Assembly (NCBI GenBank): GCA_040290255.1 | Contig: PSMU01000001.1 | Coordinates: forward strand, 256,001 to 320,000 | Direction of reading: 5' to 3' | From: Nitrososphaerota archaeon | GTDB lineage: Archaea > Thermoproteota > Nitrososphaeria > PSMU01 | Length of the DNA stretch: 64,000 nt | Notes under the pieces: generated by a model | The model's input: only the letters and a program-made list of their open reading frames with translations | What the model was told of the DNA's origin: nothing | Databases searched by the model: none | Translations under genes and position numbers: made by a program | Part shown: positions 46,819 to 56,390 of the stretch, piece after piece | How the letters are laid out: each line of letters begins with the position of its first letter | Position numbering within the stretch: the stretch's first letter is position 1

Positions 46819-48048
46819 CTAGGAGTAGGCCTCGTACTCCTTGCCGAGGAGCATGCTGGCGATCTTCAGGTCCAGGACGCCCTCGGCCCCCTCATAGATC
46901 CTCGTCACCCTCGTGTCCAGGAAGTGCCTGCCCACGGGCGAGAGCGTGGAGTAGCCGAAGCCCCCGAAGAGCTGAAGGGCATAGTCGGCCGCCTCCCAGG
47001 CGGCGCGCGTCGCTATGTTCTTGGCCAGCGCGCTCCTATAGTCCGCCTCGGCCCTCAGCGCCGCGTCCTGGCGGTTGGCCTCGTACCTATCCTTGGCCAG
47101 GGCCGCCATGTACACGGGCCAGCGCCCCCACTCGAGCCTCTTGGCGATGGCGGCTATGTAGTCCTGAATGAGCTGGTGCTTCGCGAGGGGCTTGCCGAAC
47201 TGATGCCTGTGCTTGGCCCTCTCCAGGCAGGCCCTCAGGCAGTCCTCCATCACGCCTATGCAGCCCGCGGCGATGCCTATCCTGCCGCTCAGCAGGCCCG
47301 CGTAGGCCACGTGCAGCCCCTTTCCCTCCTCGCCCAGCAGGTTTTCGCGGGGGGCATAGGCATCGTTGAACTCAAGCAGCGTGGTATCGCTGGTGAAGAG
47401 GCCCAGCTTCTCGCCCAGATGTAGCGAGACCTGCAGGCGTTCGCCTCCGTTCTGCTCCCGGTCCACCAGAAACGCGGAGATGCGCCCGCCCTCCTTCTCC
47501 CTCGCGAAGACGATGAAGGTGTCCGCGAAGCTCCCGTTCGTGATCAGGTACTTCGTGCCCCTTATCCTGTAGCCGTCCCCATCCCTATAGTACTGCGCTG
47601 CGAGGCCGGCCGCGTTGCTGCCCGCCTCCGGCTCCGTCAGGCAGAAGGCCATGAAGAGCTCTCCCCTGGCCGCCCTCGGCAGATAGCGGCTCTTCTGCTC
47701 CTCCGTGCCGTAATAAAGCAGCGGAATCTCGGTGAGCGAGCACTGCACGTCGAGCATGGTGACGGGGCCAAGGCCCACCTGCCCCAGCCTCTCGAAGGCG
47801 AGTGCATAGGCCACCGCGCTCGCGCCCAGCCCCCCATAGCTCTCGGGGACCTGCAGGCCGCAGAGGCCGTGCTTGGCCAAGACCGTCCTGTGCTCCGGAT
47901 TCACCTCACGGGCCAAATAGTGCTCCAGCTCGCTGGAGTAAAGCTCCTCGGCCGCCCTGTCCATGAGCGCCACGACCCTTTCCGCCTTGGCATCGATGAG
48001 CCCCAGGGCCCTCAGCTCGGCCAGGTGCTTCTCGAGAAAGGGCTCCAT
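46819..48048 (-). CDS. Acyl-CoA dehydrogenase
   Basis: CLTEPEAGSN, GRIGIAAG, RHQFGKPL, QLFGGFGY, RIYEG. Confidence 0.94.
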   Translation of the reverse strand: MEPFLEKHLAELRALGLIDAKAERVVALMDRAAEELYSSELEHYLAREVNPEHRTVLAKHGLCGLQVPESYGGLGASAVAYALAFERLGQVGLGPVTMLDVQCSLTEIPLLYYGTEEQKSRYLPRAARGELFMAFCLTEPEAGSNAAGLAAQYYRDGDGYRIRGTKYLITNGSFADTFIVFAREKEGGRISAFLVDREQNGGERLQVSLHLGEKLGLFTSDTTLLEFNDAYAPRENLLGEEGKGLHVAYAGLLSGRIGIAAGCIGVMEDCLRACLERAKHRHQFGKPLAKHQLIQDYIAAIAKRLEWGRWPVYMAALAKDRYEANRQDAALRAEADYRSALAKNIATRAAWEAADYALQLFGGFGYSTLSPVGRHFLDTRVTRIYEGAEGVLDLKIASMLLGKEYEAYS

Positions 48049-48120
48049 GCCAGGGCCCCTCTTCGCCCGCTAAAAACGGTTGCTCTCAAACGTTATAACT
48101 TGGCAGGGGCCGCCTGCTTT

Positions 48121-48465
48121 GTGCAGGAGGCCTTGCAGGAGGTGGAGCGCGCGCTGGTCAAGTATAGGGCAGGGGGGCATGTAGAGGAGCTGCTCGAGGC
48201 CCTCGAGCCGCTGCGCAGGGCGCTCCTCTCATTCTTGAGGCCCGGGGCGCAGGAGAACCCCTCGATGACGGAGGCCGCCTACCGCTTGGCCGAGCGCGGC
48301 CTGCTCTCGGAGGAGCAGGCGGCCCTGCTGGCGGAGCTTTCTAGGATGAAGGAGATGGCGCATTACGATATCTACGCGGAATACTCCAGGGAGCAGATAG
48401 CCGAGATGTGGGCCAGGGCGCTGGCCCTGCTCAGGCAGCTGGGGAGGAGGGGTCGTGCGAAATGA
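48121..48465 (+). CDS. HEPN-like helical protein
   Basis: L.ERGLLS..Q...L..LSRMKEMAHYD resembles the HEPN RxxxxH region; GTG start after TATA. Confidence 0.55.
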   Translation: MQEALQEVERALVKYRAGGHVEELLEALEPLRRALLSFLRPGAQENPSMTEAAYRLAERGLLSEEQAALLAELSRMKEMAHYDIYAEYSREQIAEMWARALALLRQLGRRGRAK

Positions 48466-49154
48466 GCCTCGAGGGCTATGACCTGGTGGTCGACAGCAGG
48501 GAGGCGGCCCAGCAGGCGAGGCTCGTCTCCTCGCTCTCCTCGCTGCTCAGGGTCAAGGTGAACCTGCTGCCGGCGGGGGACTATCTGCTGCCGGCCGCGG
48601 AGGGGCGCCGGCCCCTGCTGCTCGAAAGGAAGAGCCCCACGGACCTGGTGCAGGGGCTCAAGGGCCGCCTGTGGCCGCAGCTCAAGCAGCTCGTGGAGCT
48701 GAAGCCCCACTATGACGTCGCGGTCGTGCTGGTGGGCTACCTGCCCGTGATCAGGAAGCTGACGCGCTGGAGCGAGGGCGCGGTGGCCCGGCTGATAGAT
48801 GAGATAGCGCTGGACTGGCAGGTGCCCATCATCCCCTGCCCCGATGACCGGTGGTTCGTTGCCTGGCTGGTGGCCAAGGCCCGGAGCCTGGGCAGGGCGG
48901 AGGAGAAGAGGGCCCACCCGCTCAGGCATGGGAAGAAGGGGAGCAGCGCGCAGGAGAGGGCGCTCTTCGTGGCGGAGGGCCTGGCGGGGCCGCGGATCGC
49001 CCAGGCGCTGCTCAGGAAGTTCCGCACGCTGAGGGCCCTGGCCAATGCCAGCCCGCAGGAGCTGCTCATCCCCAGGCTGGTGGGAGAGAAGAGGGCCCAG
49101 GAGATCTGGTCCATCCTCAATACTCCCTGGCCGGAGGAGCCGGGCCTAACTTAA
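48462..49154 (+). CDS. xpf: Short XPF/ERCC4 structure-specific endonuclease
   Basis: VVDSRE, AGDY, ERKSPTD, C-terminal HhH pair. Confidence 0.88.
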   Translation: MSLEGYDLVVDSREAAQQARLVSSLSSLLRVKVNLLPAGDYLLPAAEGRRPLLLERKSPTDLVQGLKGRLWPQLKQLVELKPHYDVAVVLVGYLPVIRKLTRWSEGAVARLIDEIALDWQVPIIPCPDDRWFVAWLVAKARSLGRAEEKRAHPLRHGKKGSSAQERALFVAEGLAGPRIAQALLRKFRTLRALANASPQELLIPRLVGEKRAQEIWSILNTPWPEEPGLT

Positions 49155-49181
49155 ATAGCGTCCCCGGCCGGAAGGGGCGCC

Positions 49182-50291
49182 TTGGGCGAGAGGGCCGCGA
49201 TCGTGGGCCTAGGGTATGAGGGCTTCAGGCGCCGGGTGGAGGACCTCTCGACCCGCGAGATGATCTTCAGCGCGGCCCTAAGGGCCTGCGAGGACGCGGA
49301 CGTGGACCCCAGAAGGGATGTGGATGCCTTCATCTCCTGCGCCGAGGACCTCTCCGATGGCTGGAGCATCACGGACGAGATGGTGCCGGATCCCATGGGC
49401 GGCGCGCTCAGGCCGGTGCATACCGTGGCCGGCGACGGGCTTCAGGGCCTGGCGCAGGCCTGCATGATGATCAGGACGGGGGCCTTTGGGCTCGTGCTCG
49501 TGGAGGCCCATGCCAAGGCCTCGGACCTCCTGGCGCTGGAGCAGGTGAGGCGCTTCGCGCTGGACCCCATCTTCCTAAGGCCCGTCGTGGAGGAGGCCGA
49601 TGTGCTGGCGGGCCTGGAGCGCTCCCTGCTGGCGGATAAGGCCTCGGAGGAGTTCATCTTGGACTACATCGTCGAGAGCAAGCGAAGGGCGCTGCTGAAC
49701 CCGAGGGGCTCCTATGGGGCCAGGCTGAGCAGGGATGAGGTGCTCGCCTCGCCATATCTCTGGGCCCCCCTAAGGGCGATAGAGAAGGCCCCTCCTGCCG
49801 AGGCCGCGATCGTCATGCTGGTGGGCTCCAGGGCCTGGGCGAACAGGGCCAGGGTGAGGCCGGTATGGGTCGAGGGCTTCGCCTACGCCACAGATAGCAG
49901 GCCGCTCTTCGATAGGTTGAACAGGAGGCCCCTGGCCGCGGAGGCCTGCCTGAAGGCCCTGCTGAAGGCCGCGCGGCTGGAGGGCCTGCCCAGGCTGGAC
50001 ATGCTGGAGCTGGAGGACAGCTATGCCCACAAGGTCCTTCAGCTCCTCGAGGCCCTGGGCCTTCCCGGCGGGGGGCTGGAGGCGATAAACCCCTCGGGCG
50101 GGGCGCTGGGCCTCGGATGCCTGCTGGAGGCCGGGGGCCTGGCCAAGGCGCTGGAGTGCGCCCTCGCGATAAGGGGCCAGGCGCCCTATGCGGCCCAGGG
50201 CGTGAAGAGGGCCCTCGCCTTCTCCTGGAGGGGGATCCCCACGGATACCTATGCCGCGGCGCTATTCAGCGCCGAGGAGGGCGGGCCCTAG
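49182..50291 (+). CDS. Thiolase-fold protein lacking the catalytic Cys
   Basis: HTVAGDG, NPRG, INPSGGALG, WRGIPT. Confidence 0.82.
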   Translation: MGERAAIVGLGYEGFRRRVEDLSTREMIFSAALRACEDADVDPRRDVDAFISCAEDLSDGWSITDEMVPDPMGGALRPVHTVAGDGLQGLAQACMMIRTGAFGLVLVEAHAKASDLLALEQVRRFALDPIFLRPVVEEADVLAGLERSLLADKASEEFILDYIVESKRRALLNPRGSYGARLSRDEVLASPYLWAPLRAIEKAPPAEAAIVMLVGSRAWANRARVRPVWVEGFAYATDSRPLFDRLNRRPLAAEACLKALLKAARLEGLPRLDMLELEDSYAHKVLQLLEALGLPGGGLEAINPSGGALGLGCLLEAGGLAKALECALAIRGQAPYAAQGVKRALAFSWRGIPTDTYAAALFSAEEGGP

Positions 50292-50969
50292 CTGCCTCAG
50301 GCTGGCCACCACCACGTCGGGGCCCGCCAGGAGCAGCGGCGCGAGCCTGGCATAGTTCGGGCCATAGAAGGCGACGGCCATCAGGCCCAGCTCCTTGGCC
50401 ACCCTCACATCCACATCGGTATCCCCCACGAGGGCCGCCGCGCGGGGCTCCACGCCCAGCAGGGCGAGCGCCCTGAGCGCCACCGCCCTCTTCCTGGGCG
50501 CATGAGGGGCCGTGTAGATGTCCAGCTCGGGCCCCAGCAGGTCGGCCGTGGCGACGGCCTCGAACAGGCCTGCTAGGCCGCTCGCCTCCAGCAGCCCCTT
50601 GGTGGCTTCGAGCGAGGGCAGCGCGCTCACGAGCGCCAGCTTCAGGCCCCCGTCGCGCAGCTCCGTGAGCGCCTCCCTTGCTGCCTCATAGGGCCTCGCC
50701 AAGGCGAGGTGGGCCGCGATCCTGCGCCTGAAGAGCTCCTCGGCCCTGCGTATGACATCGGCGCCCCTCACGCCCAGCAGCGTCGCCCAGTACTCCTCTT
50801 CATCATGGGCAAAGAGCCAGGCGAGCTTCGTGCGCCTGAGCGTCGGCCTGGCGTAGCCCAGCGTGGCACACACCTCGGCCGCGGCCCTGTAGAAGGGCAA
50901 GCCGCACTCGAAGAGGGTGAAGTCCCTGTCGAAGATGACCGCCCTAAGGCGGCCTCTGCTCGCTGACAT
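50262..50969 (-). CDS. HAD-family hydrolase
   Basis: VIFDRDFTL, VGDTDVD. Confidence 0.82.
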   Translation of the reverse strand: MSASRGRLRAVIFDRDFTLFECGLPFYRAAAEVCATLGYARPTLRRTKLAWLFAHDEEEYWATLLGVRGADVIRRAEELFRRRIAAHLALARPYEAAREALTELRDGGLKLALVSALPSLEATKGLLEASGLAGLFEAVATADLLGPELDIYTAPHAPRKRAVALRALALLGVEPRAAALVGDTDVDVRVAKELGLMAVAFYGPNYARLAPLLLAGPDVVVASLRQLGPALLGAE

Positions 50970-51111
50970 ACTCCACCGTGAAATCGAAGGCTAGCGTCTG
51001 CCTGGACCACGTGCCCAGCAGCTCGACGAGCATGTTTCCGAGGTAGACCTCATCGACCCACCCCCTCTTGGGCCGGAAGGTGATCTTGAAGACGTAGCTT
51101 TTGCCCTCCAC
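50944..51111 (-). CDS. 55-aa small hypothetical protein
   Basis: Manual translation MEGKSYVFKITFRPKRGWVDEVYLGNMLVELLGTWSRQTLAFDFTVEYVSEQRPP; GAGGAGG and TATA upstream; overlaps HAD gene start. Confidence 0.6.
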   Translation of the reverse strand: MEGKSYVFKITFRPKRGWVDEVYLGNMLVELLGTWSRQTLAFDFTVEYVSEQRPP

Positions 51112-51169
51112 TCCCTCCTCGCCCAGGGGCAGTTAGTATAAATATTAGGCTCCGGCCCAATGCGGGAGC

Positions 51170-51763
51170 TTGCAGGAGGACAGCCTGGCCAAGCTGGCGG
51201 CCGAGGTCCTGGTTTGCACGAAGTGCCCCCTGCACAGGAGCAGGAGCAGGGCCGTGCCGGGAGAGGGGCCGGAGGGCGCGCGCATCATGTTCATCGGCGA
51301 GGCCCCGGGCAGGGAGGAGGACCAGCAGGGGAGGCCCTTCGTGGGGAGGGCGGGGCAGCTGCTCACGGAGGCGCTGGAGGAGGCGGGGCTTGGCAGGTCG
51401 GAGGTCTTCATCACGAACGTGGTGAAGTGCCGCCCGCCGGGGAACAGGGAGCCCACCGAGGAGGAGATAGCGGCCTGCCGGCCCTATCTCAGGAGGCAGA
51501 TGGCGCTGCTGAAGCCCCAGGTGATCTGCCTGCTGGGCTCCGTGGCGGTGCGCGCGGTGCTGGGCGAGGGCTCCGTCTCGGGGCTCAGGGGGCGCTTTCT
51601 GGAGAGGGCGGGGCAGCGCTACTATGTCACGCTGCACCCGGCCGCCGCGATCTACAACCCCAACCTCAGGGCCCCCTTCAAGGGGGACATTCGGCGCCTG
51701 GCGGACGAGGTCATGGGCCGGCGGGCCCGCGCCGCCTCGAGGCTGGAGGAGTTCTTTGGCTAG
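51170..51763 (+). CDS. udg: Family 4 uracil-DNA glycosylase
   Basis: CTKCPL, GEAPG, GRPFVGRAG, NVVKCRPPGNR, HPAA; C-terminal PIP-like SRLEEFF. Confidence 0.95.
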   Translation: MQEDSLAKLAAEVLVCTKCPLHRSRSRAVPGEGPEGARIMFIGEAPGREEDQQGRPFVGRAGQLLTEALEEAGLGRSEVFITNVVKCRPPGNREPTEEEIAACRPYLRRQMALLKPQVICLLGSVAVRAVLGEGSVSGLRGRFLERAGQRYYVTLHPAAAIYNPNLRAPFKGDIRRLADEVMGRRARAASRLEEFFG

Positions 51764-53088
51764 AGCAGCGGCAGCACGATGTTCCTCAGCACGGCCAGCG
51801 CCAGGTAGGCGAGCGAGGCGAGCAGGAGGTAGCGCACGGCCCCCCTATAGGCCTCCGCCGCCCCTCTTCCGCTCGTGAAGCCCAGGCCCAGCCTGAGCGA
51901 AAAGCCCAGCGAAAGGGCTAGGAGCGCGAGCGCGGATACCCTAAGCGGCGCCGCATAGGGGGCCGAGGCGAGCTCTTCCAGGCCCAGCAGCAGCGCCGGC
52001 AGCGAGGGCAGCAGCAGCAGGGGCCCCGAGAGCACGAGGTAGAGCGAGAGCCCCCACGAGAGGCCCGGAAAGGCCGCCAGCTCGGCGGGGCTGATGCCCA
52101 GCCCGGGCCAGGGCTTAAGCCCCAGCAGCGCCGCCAGAAGGGCAGCGCCCAGGGCATAGGAGGCCAGCGCCCTCGGCGCGGCCAGCTCCCTTGCGCCCCC
52201 GCGCAGCACGCAGGGAAGGGCGCCCCTGAGCCAGGAGGCGAAGGAACTGGAGGAGGGAGGGGCGCGCGGCATCGCCCCGCTTTGGGAGGCGTAGAGCACC
52301 ACCTTGGCGTAGTGCACCAGCGAGATGAGGGGGCAGTACAGCATTGCCACGACGATGAACCCTCCCTCGCCCAGGAAGCCGGAGGCCAGCCCCAGCGTGA
52401 GCAGCAGGAAGAGGAGCGCGGCCCTGGTGAGGGCATAGGCGAGCGAGGGCGCCAGGAGCCGGCGCAGCGCCCGCAGCCCCAGGCGCAGCGCCCTGAAGCC
52501 CGTGGCGCCGTCCAGCGCGCAGGCGGGAAAGGAGTAGCAGAGGGCCCACCTCAGCAGCAGGCTGAGCGCGAGCCCCGGGAGGAGCAGCGGGAGCGCGCTG
52601 GGCGGGCTCGCGAGCAGCAGGGCCAGCACGAGAAAGAGCGGCGCGCTGGCCACGAGCTCGTAGGCGATGTTGGTCAGGAGCAGCCTGCCCAGCCATCGCC
52701 TTGCAAGGGGCGCCAGCTCGCCCAGCCTCACCGCTCCTTGCAGGCCCTGTGCGTAGGCGGGGTACTCGAAGGCATAGGCCAGGGCCCAGGCCACCAGCCA
52801 GAGCGCGGCGAAGCTGAGCAGCGGCAGGGCCAGCAGGCGAAGGCCCGAGGGCTGCGCGAGCAGCTCATCCAGCGCGGCCGCCAGGCCCCCGGAGGCCAGC
52901 TTGGCGAGCACATCGCCGGCCACGCCCTGGGGCAGGCGCCCCAGAAGATAGAGCAGCAGCCCGAGTGAGAAGGAGGAGCTAAGGCCATAGGCCGCCTGGT
53001 GCAGCAGGCCCACCGAGGCGAGCCCCGGGCTCCTCCTCCAGAACCCGTAGGCCTCCTTCAGCGCTTCGTTAAAGGAGGCCTCGCCCAT
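51760..53088 (-). CDS. Multi-pass membrane protein
   Basis: About ten hydrophobic segments; overlaps dph6 stop. Confidence 0.7.
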   Translation of the reverse strand: MGEASFNEALKEAYGFWRRSPGLASVGLLHQAAYGLSSSFSLGLLLYLLGRLPQGVAGDVLAKLASGGLAAALDELLAQPSGLRLLALPLLSFAALWLVAWALAYAFEYPAYAQGLQGAVRLGELAPLARRWLGRLLLTNIAYELVASAPLFLVLALLLASPPSALPLLLPGLALSLLLRWALCYSFPACALDGATGFRALRLGLRALRRLLAPSLAYALTRAALLFLLLTLGLASGFLGEGGFIVVAMLYCPLISLVHYAKVVLYASQSGAMPRAPPSSSSFASWLRGALPCVLRGGARELAAPRALASYALGAALLAALLGLKPWPGLGISPAELAAFPGLSWGLSLYLVLSGPLLLLPSLPALLLGLEELASAPYAAPLRVSALALLALSLGFSLRLGLGFTSGRGAAEAYRGAVRYLLLASLAYLALAVLRNIVLPLL

Positions 53089-53788
53089 ACGCCTCCGCGC
53101 TCCTTGAGGCCGCGGCCAGCCCCGCCTCCTCTATCACGTACAGGCCCCCATCCCCCCTCCACTCCACCCTCGCCTTCAGGACCTGAATCCTGGCCCCAAA
53201 GGGCGGGGCCCAGAGCACGAAGGTCTCATACTCACCCCCCTCACCCGTGGGGTTGAGCCCGTACTTCCCATGAAGGGCCTTCAGCTCCTCCGCCGCCTCC
53301 CTGTCCAACCTCCGGCCTAGCCAGCGCCGCCCAAGGCCCAGCGCGCTGACGCTGGTGAAGATCGCCTCCAGGCCGGAGGCGATGTACTCATCCAGCAGCC
53401 GCTCCTGATCCCTGCCCCAGAGCGGCGCGAGCAGGCGTAGCCCCAGGCCTTCGCAGAGGGCCTCTAGCCTTCTCCTCTGGTAGAGCGAGGCGATCGCGCC
53501 CGCCACCACGCCCTCGGCGCCGTAGCGAAGCTTGGCCTCGAGCAGGGCCGCCCTCAGGTCCTCGAGCTCCCTCTCCTTCTCGCCGCTGCTCGTCCTTCTG
53601 ATTAGGGGCAGGCCCAGGCAGCGCGCCTGAAGCTCCACCCACCTTACGTTGGCGCTATGAAACATGTACGACCAAGGGTTTTCGGGGAAGACGGTGACCA
53701 GGCAGGCGAGCTCATGGCCCTGCTCTAGGGCCTTCATCAGCGCATAGGTGGAGTCCTTTCCCCCGCTATAGGCGGCGGCCAGCCTCAC
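53069..53788 (-). CDS. dph6: Diphthine-ammonia ligase (Dph6)
   Basis: YSGGKDS, SYMFH, GAIASLYQ, PLW, GEGGEYET. Confidence 0.92.
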   Translation of the reverse strand: MRLAAAYSGGKDSTYALMKALEQGHELACLVTVFPENPWSYMFHSANVRWVELQARCLGLPLIRRTSSGEKERELEDLRAALLEAKLRYGAEGVVAGAIASLYQRRRLEALCEGLGLRLLAPLWGRDQERLLDEYIASGLEAIFTSVSALGLGRRWLGRRLDREAAEELKALHGKYGLNPTGEGGEYETFVLWAPPFGARIQVLKARVEWRGDGGLYVIEEAGLAAASRSAEAYGRGLL

Positions 53789-54383
53789 TTCCAGCCCTCC
53801 TCCAAAGCTCGAGAGCGGCCTCCAGGACTTTGGAGGCCACCTCTTGGATGGGGGGGTTCGCGTCCACCACCCGCATCTCCCCATAGCGCGCGGCGAGCCT
53901 CAGGAAGGCCTCCCTGACCCTCCTGGCCCTCCCCTCATCCTCAAACAGCTCAAGTCCCCTGCCCGCCCTCCTGAGCCTCTCCTGGCAGGCCGAGGGCTCG
54001 GCATCCAGCAGGATGGCCAGGTCCGGCCTCCTGAAGGGCTCGTTGGCCCTCATCAGATAGGCCTCGTCCGCCTCGAGAGAGCCGAAGGCGATGGTCGAGT
54101 AAAGGTAGCGGTCGCAGACGACCGTGCCCCGCGCCAGGAAGGGCAGGATCTCCTCCTTCAGGTGCTGGGCGCGGTCGGCCATGAAGAGGAGCTGAAGGGC
54201 CAGGCCCGTTATGTTCACCTCGCGCCTGAGCGCGCGCCTTATCAGCTGGCCCACCTCGCGCTCCGTGGGCTCCTTGGTGAGCAGCACGATCTCGCCCCTC
54301 CTCCTGAGCGCCTCGGCCAGCAGCCTGGCCTGGGTGGTGATGCCGGCCCCGTCGAGCCCCTCCAGCACGATGAAGAAGCCCAC
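53766..54383 (-). CDS. tmk: Thymidylate kinase
   Basis: LEGLDGAG.TTQ, KEPT, LFMADR, CDRYLYS. Confidence 0.9.
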   Translation of the reverse strand: MGFFIVLEGLDGAGITTQARLLAEALRRRGEIVLLTKEPTEREVGQLIRRALRREVNITGLALQLLFMADRAQHLKEEILPFLARGTVVCDRYLYSTIAFGSLEADEAYLMRANEPFRRPDLAILLDAEPSACQERLRRAGRGLELFEDEGRARRVREAFLRLAARYGEMRVVDANPPIQEVASKVLEAALELWRRAGSEAGRRL

Positions 54384-54463
54384 CTCCCGTTCGCGCCCCG
54401 GCTCTTATGTTAAGCTTTCCTTGGGGGCAAAGCGTTTTAGGGGCGCGCGGCGCTGGCCCCCGC

Positions 54464-55621
54464 GTGCGTAAGGTCGGGATCGTCTCCGCGGGCATGACGC
54501 TCTTTGGCAGGAGGCTGCTCGAAACCAGCCCCGAGCTCTGCTTTGAAGCGGCAAGGGCGGCCCTCGATGGGGCGGGGCTGGAGCCCAAGGACATAGATGC
54601 GGTGGTCATAGGCAGCGCGCCCGATGCGTTCGACGGCGTGCACATGAAGGGGGAGTATTTGGCCGAGGGCTGCGCGGCCCAGCTGAAGCCCTGCTCGCGC
54701 GTCTATGTGGGCGGGGCCACGGGGGTCTACGCGGCCATCGCGGGCTGGTGGCATATAGCTTCGGGGCTCTTCGATACGGTGCTGGTCGTCTGTGAGGAGA
54801 AGATGAGCCCCCTTCAGCCCCATCCCCAGCTCGCCTTCTGGACGATCTTCGATTACGCGCTTGAGCGGCCCCTGGGCATAAACCTGCTCTGGATCTTCTC
54901 GCTGCAGATGACGCAATACATGCATAACTTCGGCGCGAGCGAGGAGGATATCGCGCTCGTGAGCGTGAAGAACAAGAGAAACGCGCTCGACCATCCCAGC
55001 GCGCAGGCGGCCGAGCAGGTGACGGTGCAGGATGTGCTGGCCTCGGAGCCCATCTGCCTCCCGGTCCGCAGGCTCATGGTGAGCCCCGTTTCAGACGGCG
55101 CGGCCGCGCTGGTGATGGCGAGCGAGGAGAGGGCAAGGAGGCTGACCGACGCCCCCGTCATGGTGAAGGGGGCCGGGTGGTGCGTGGATGACCAGTTCTG
55201 GACGGCAAGGGACCTGGCCCACCAGAGGCACACGCGCGAGGCAGCCCAGATGGCCTATCGGATGGCCAAGGTGGACGAGCCCAGGAGGGCCTTCGACCTG
55301 GTGGAGCCCTACGATCCCTTTGCCCACCTGGAGCTGGTGAACCTGGAGAGCCTGGGCATCTTCGGCAAGGGGGAGGCCTACAAAGCCACAAGGGAGGGCG
55401 TTACGGCGAGGCAGGGCGAGCTTCCCTCCTCGCCCAGCGGCGGGCTGCTGGGCGTGGGCAACCCCATCGCGGCCGCGGGGCTGATGAAGGTCATCGAGTG
55501 CTTCTGGCAGCTCAGGGGCGAGGCGGGCGCGCGGCAGGTGCCCATCGAGAAGGGGCTCGCGCTGGCCCACAGCTGGGGCGACCTGCTGCAGGCCTCCACC
55601 GTCATAATACTGGGCACCTAG
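54464..55621 (+). CDS. Thiolase-domain protein lacking the catalytic Cys
   Basis: APDAFDG, RVYVGGATG, VSVKNKRNA, SDGAAA, EPYDPF, PSGGLLGVGNPI. Confidence 0.88.
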   Translation: MRKVGIVSAGMTLFGRRLLETSPELCFEAARAALDGAGLEPKDIDAVVIGSAPDAFDGVHMKGEYLAEGCAAQLKPCSRVYVGGATGVYAAIAGWWHIASGLFDTVLVVCEEKMSPLQPHPQLAFWTIFDYALERPLGINLLWIFSLQMTQYMHNFGASEEDIALVSVKNKRNALDHPSAQAAEQVTVQDVLASEPICLPVRRLMVSPVSDGAAALVMASEERARRLTDAPVMVKGAGWCVDDQFWTARDLAHQRHTREAAQMAYRMAKVDEPRRAFDLVEPYDPFAHLELVNLESLGIFGKGEAYKATREGVTARQGELPSSPSGGLLGVGNPIAAAGLMKVIECFWQLRGEAGARQVPIEKGLALAHSWGDLLQASTVIILGT

Positions 55622-55623
55622 GC

Positions 55624-56310
55624 CTAGCCCAAGGCTAGGTTGAGCAGGAAGACCACGCCCGCCACTATGCCGCCCGTGAGCGCCGTGAGGATCCCCCTCC
55701 TAAAGCTGTAGGCGTGCCTGCTGAGCAGGCCCGTCGCGCCCATGATGAAGAGCGCCAGCAGGGGGGCCAGGGCGGTGCCGAGGAGGGCCTGCCGCCGCGG
55801 GGCGGCGAGCGCGTAGGGCGTGACGAGCAGCGCCGAAGCGATGAAGAAGGAGGCCCCGGCCAGCGCCCCCTCGCGCAGGGGGCTCCTCCTGAGCTCGTCC
55901 ATGTGCAGGTGAAGCTCATGAAGGAGCTGCGTCCTGAGCCAGAGCTCCCTGTCGCTCGTCACCCTCTTGACGATCACGTCCACCTCCTTGGGGGAGTAGC
56001 CCTCCTCCCTCAGCAGCTCCTCCAGCTCCCTCCTCTCCTCCTCGGGCTCCGTATCTATCTCCATCCGCTCCCTCTGCACATCGAGCCTCATCAGGTCCAG
56101 CTCGAGCCTGGCCGAGAGGTAGCTGCTCTGAAAGAGGGAGAGGGCCCCGCCGATGGCCAGCGCCAGGCCGGCTATTATTATGGCCCTGTACTCGACGCCG
56201 GCCATGTTGAGCGCGAGCGTGGCCGCCATCGCCTCTATTAGCCCGTCCGCGGCGCCCAGCAGCGCCCAGCCGGCGAAGGCCCTGCCCTCGATGTGGGGGT
56301 GCTTCTCCAC
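55624..56310 (-). CDS. VIT1/CCC1-family metal transporter
   Basis: LGAADGL, SYLS, Glu-rich EREEI-like PEEERREL, HELH; start uncertain. Confidence 0.82.
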   Translation of the reverse strand: MEKHPHIEGRAFAGWALLGAADGLIEAMAATLALNMAGVEYRAIIIAGLALAIGGALSLFQSSYLSARLELDLMRLDVQRERMEIDTEPEEERRELEELLREEGYSPKEVDVIVKRVTSDRELWLRTQLLHELHLHMDELRRSPLREGALAGASFFIASALLVTPYALAAPRRQALLGTALAPLLALFIMGATGLLSRHAYSFRRGILTALTGGIVAGVVFLLNLALG

Positions 56311-56390
56311 CGGGCGCGCCGCCTCCTGCGTTCTTTTAAGCATGAAGGGATTCAATAAAAGGCTTTAACGCGGCCCGGCGCCGGCTTCAC

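Noticed and set aside
56370-56390. Short GC palindromes just after TATA boxes (also near 13573, 46787, 49164)
   Set aside because: 8-13 bp GC-only palindromes are expected by chance at this composition and share no consensus
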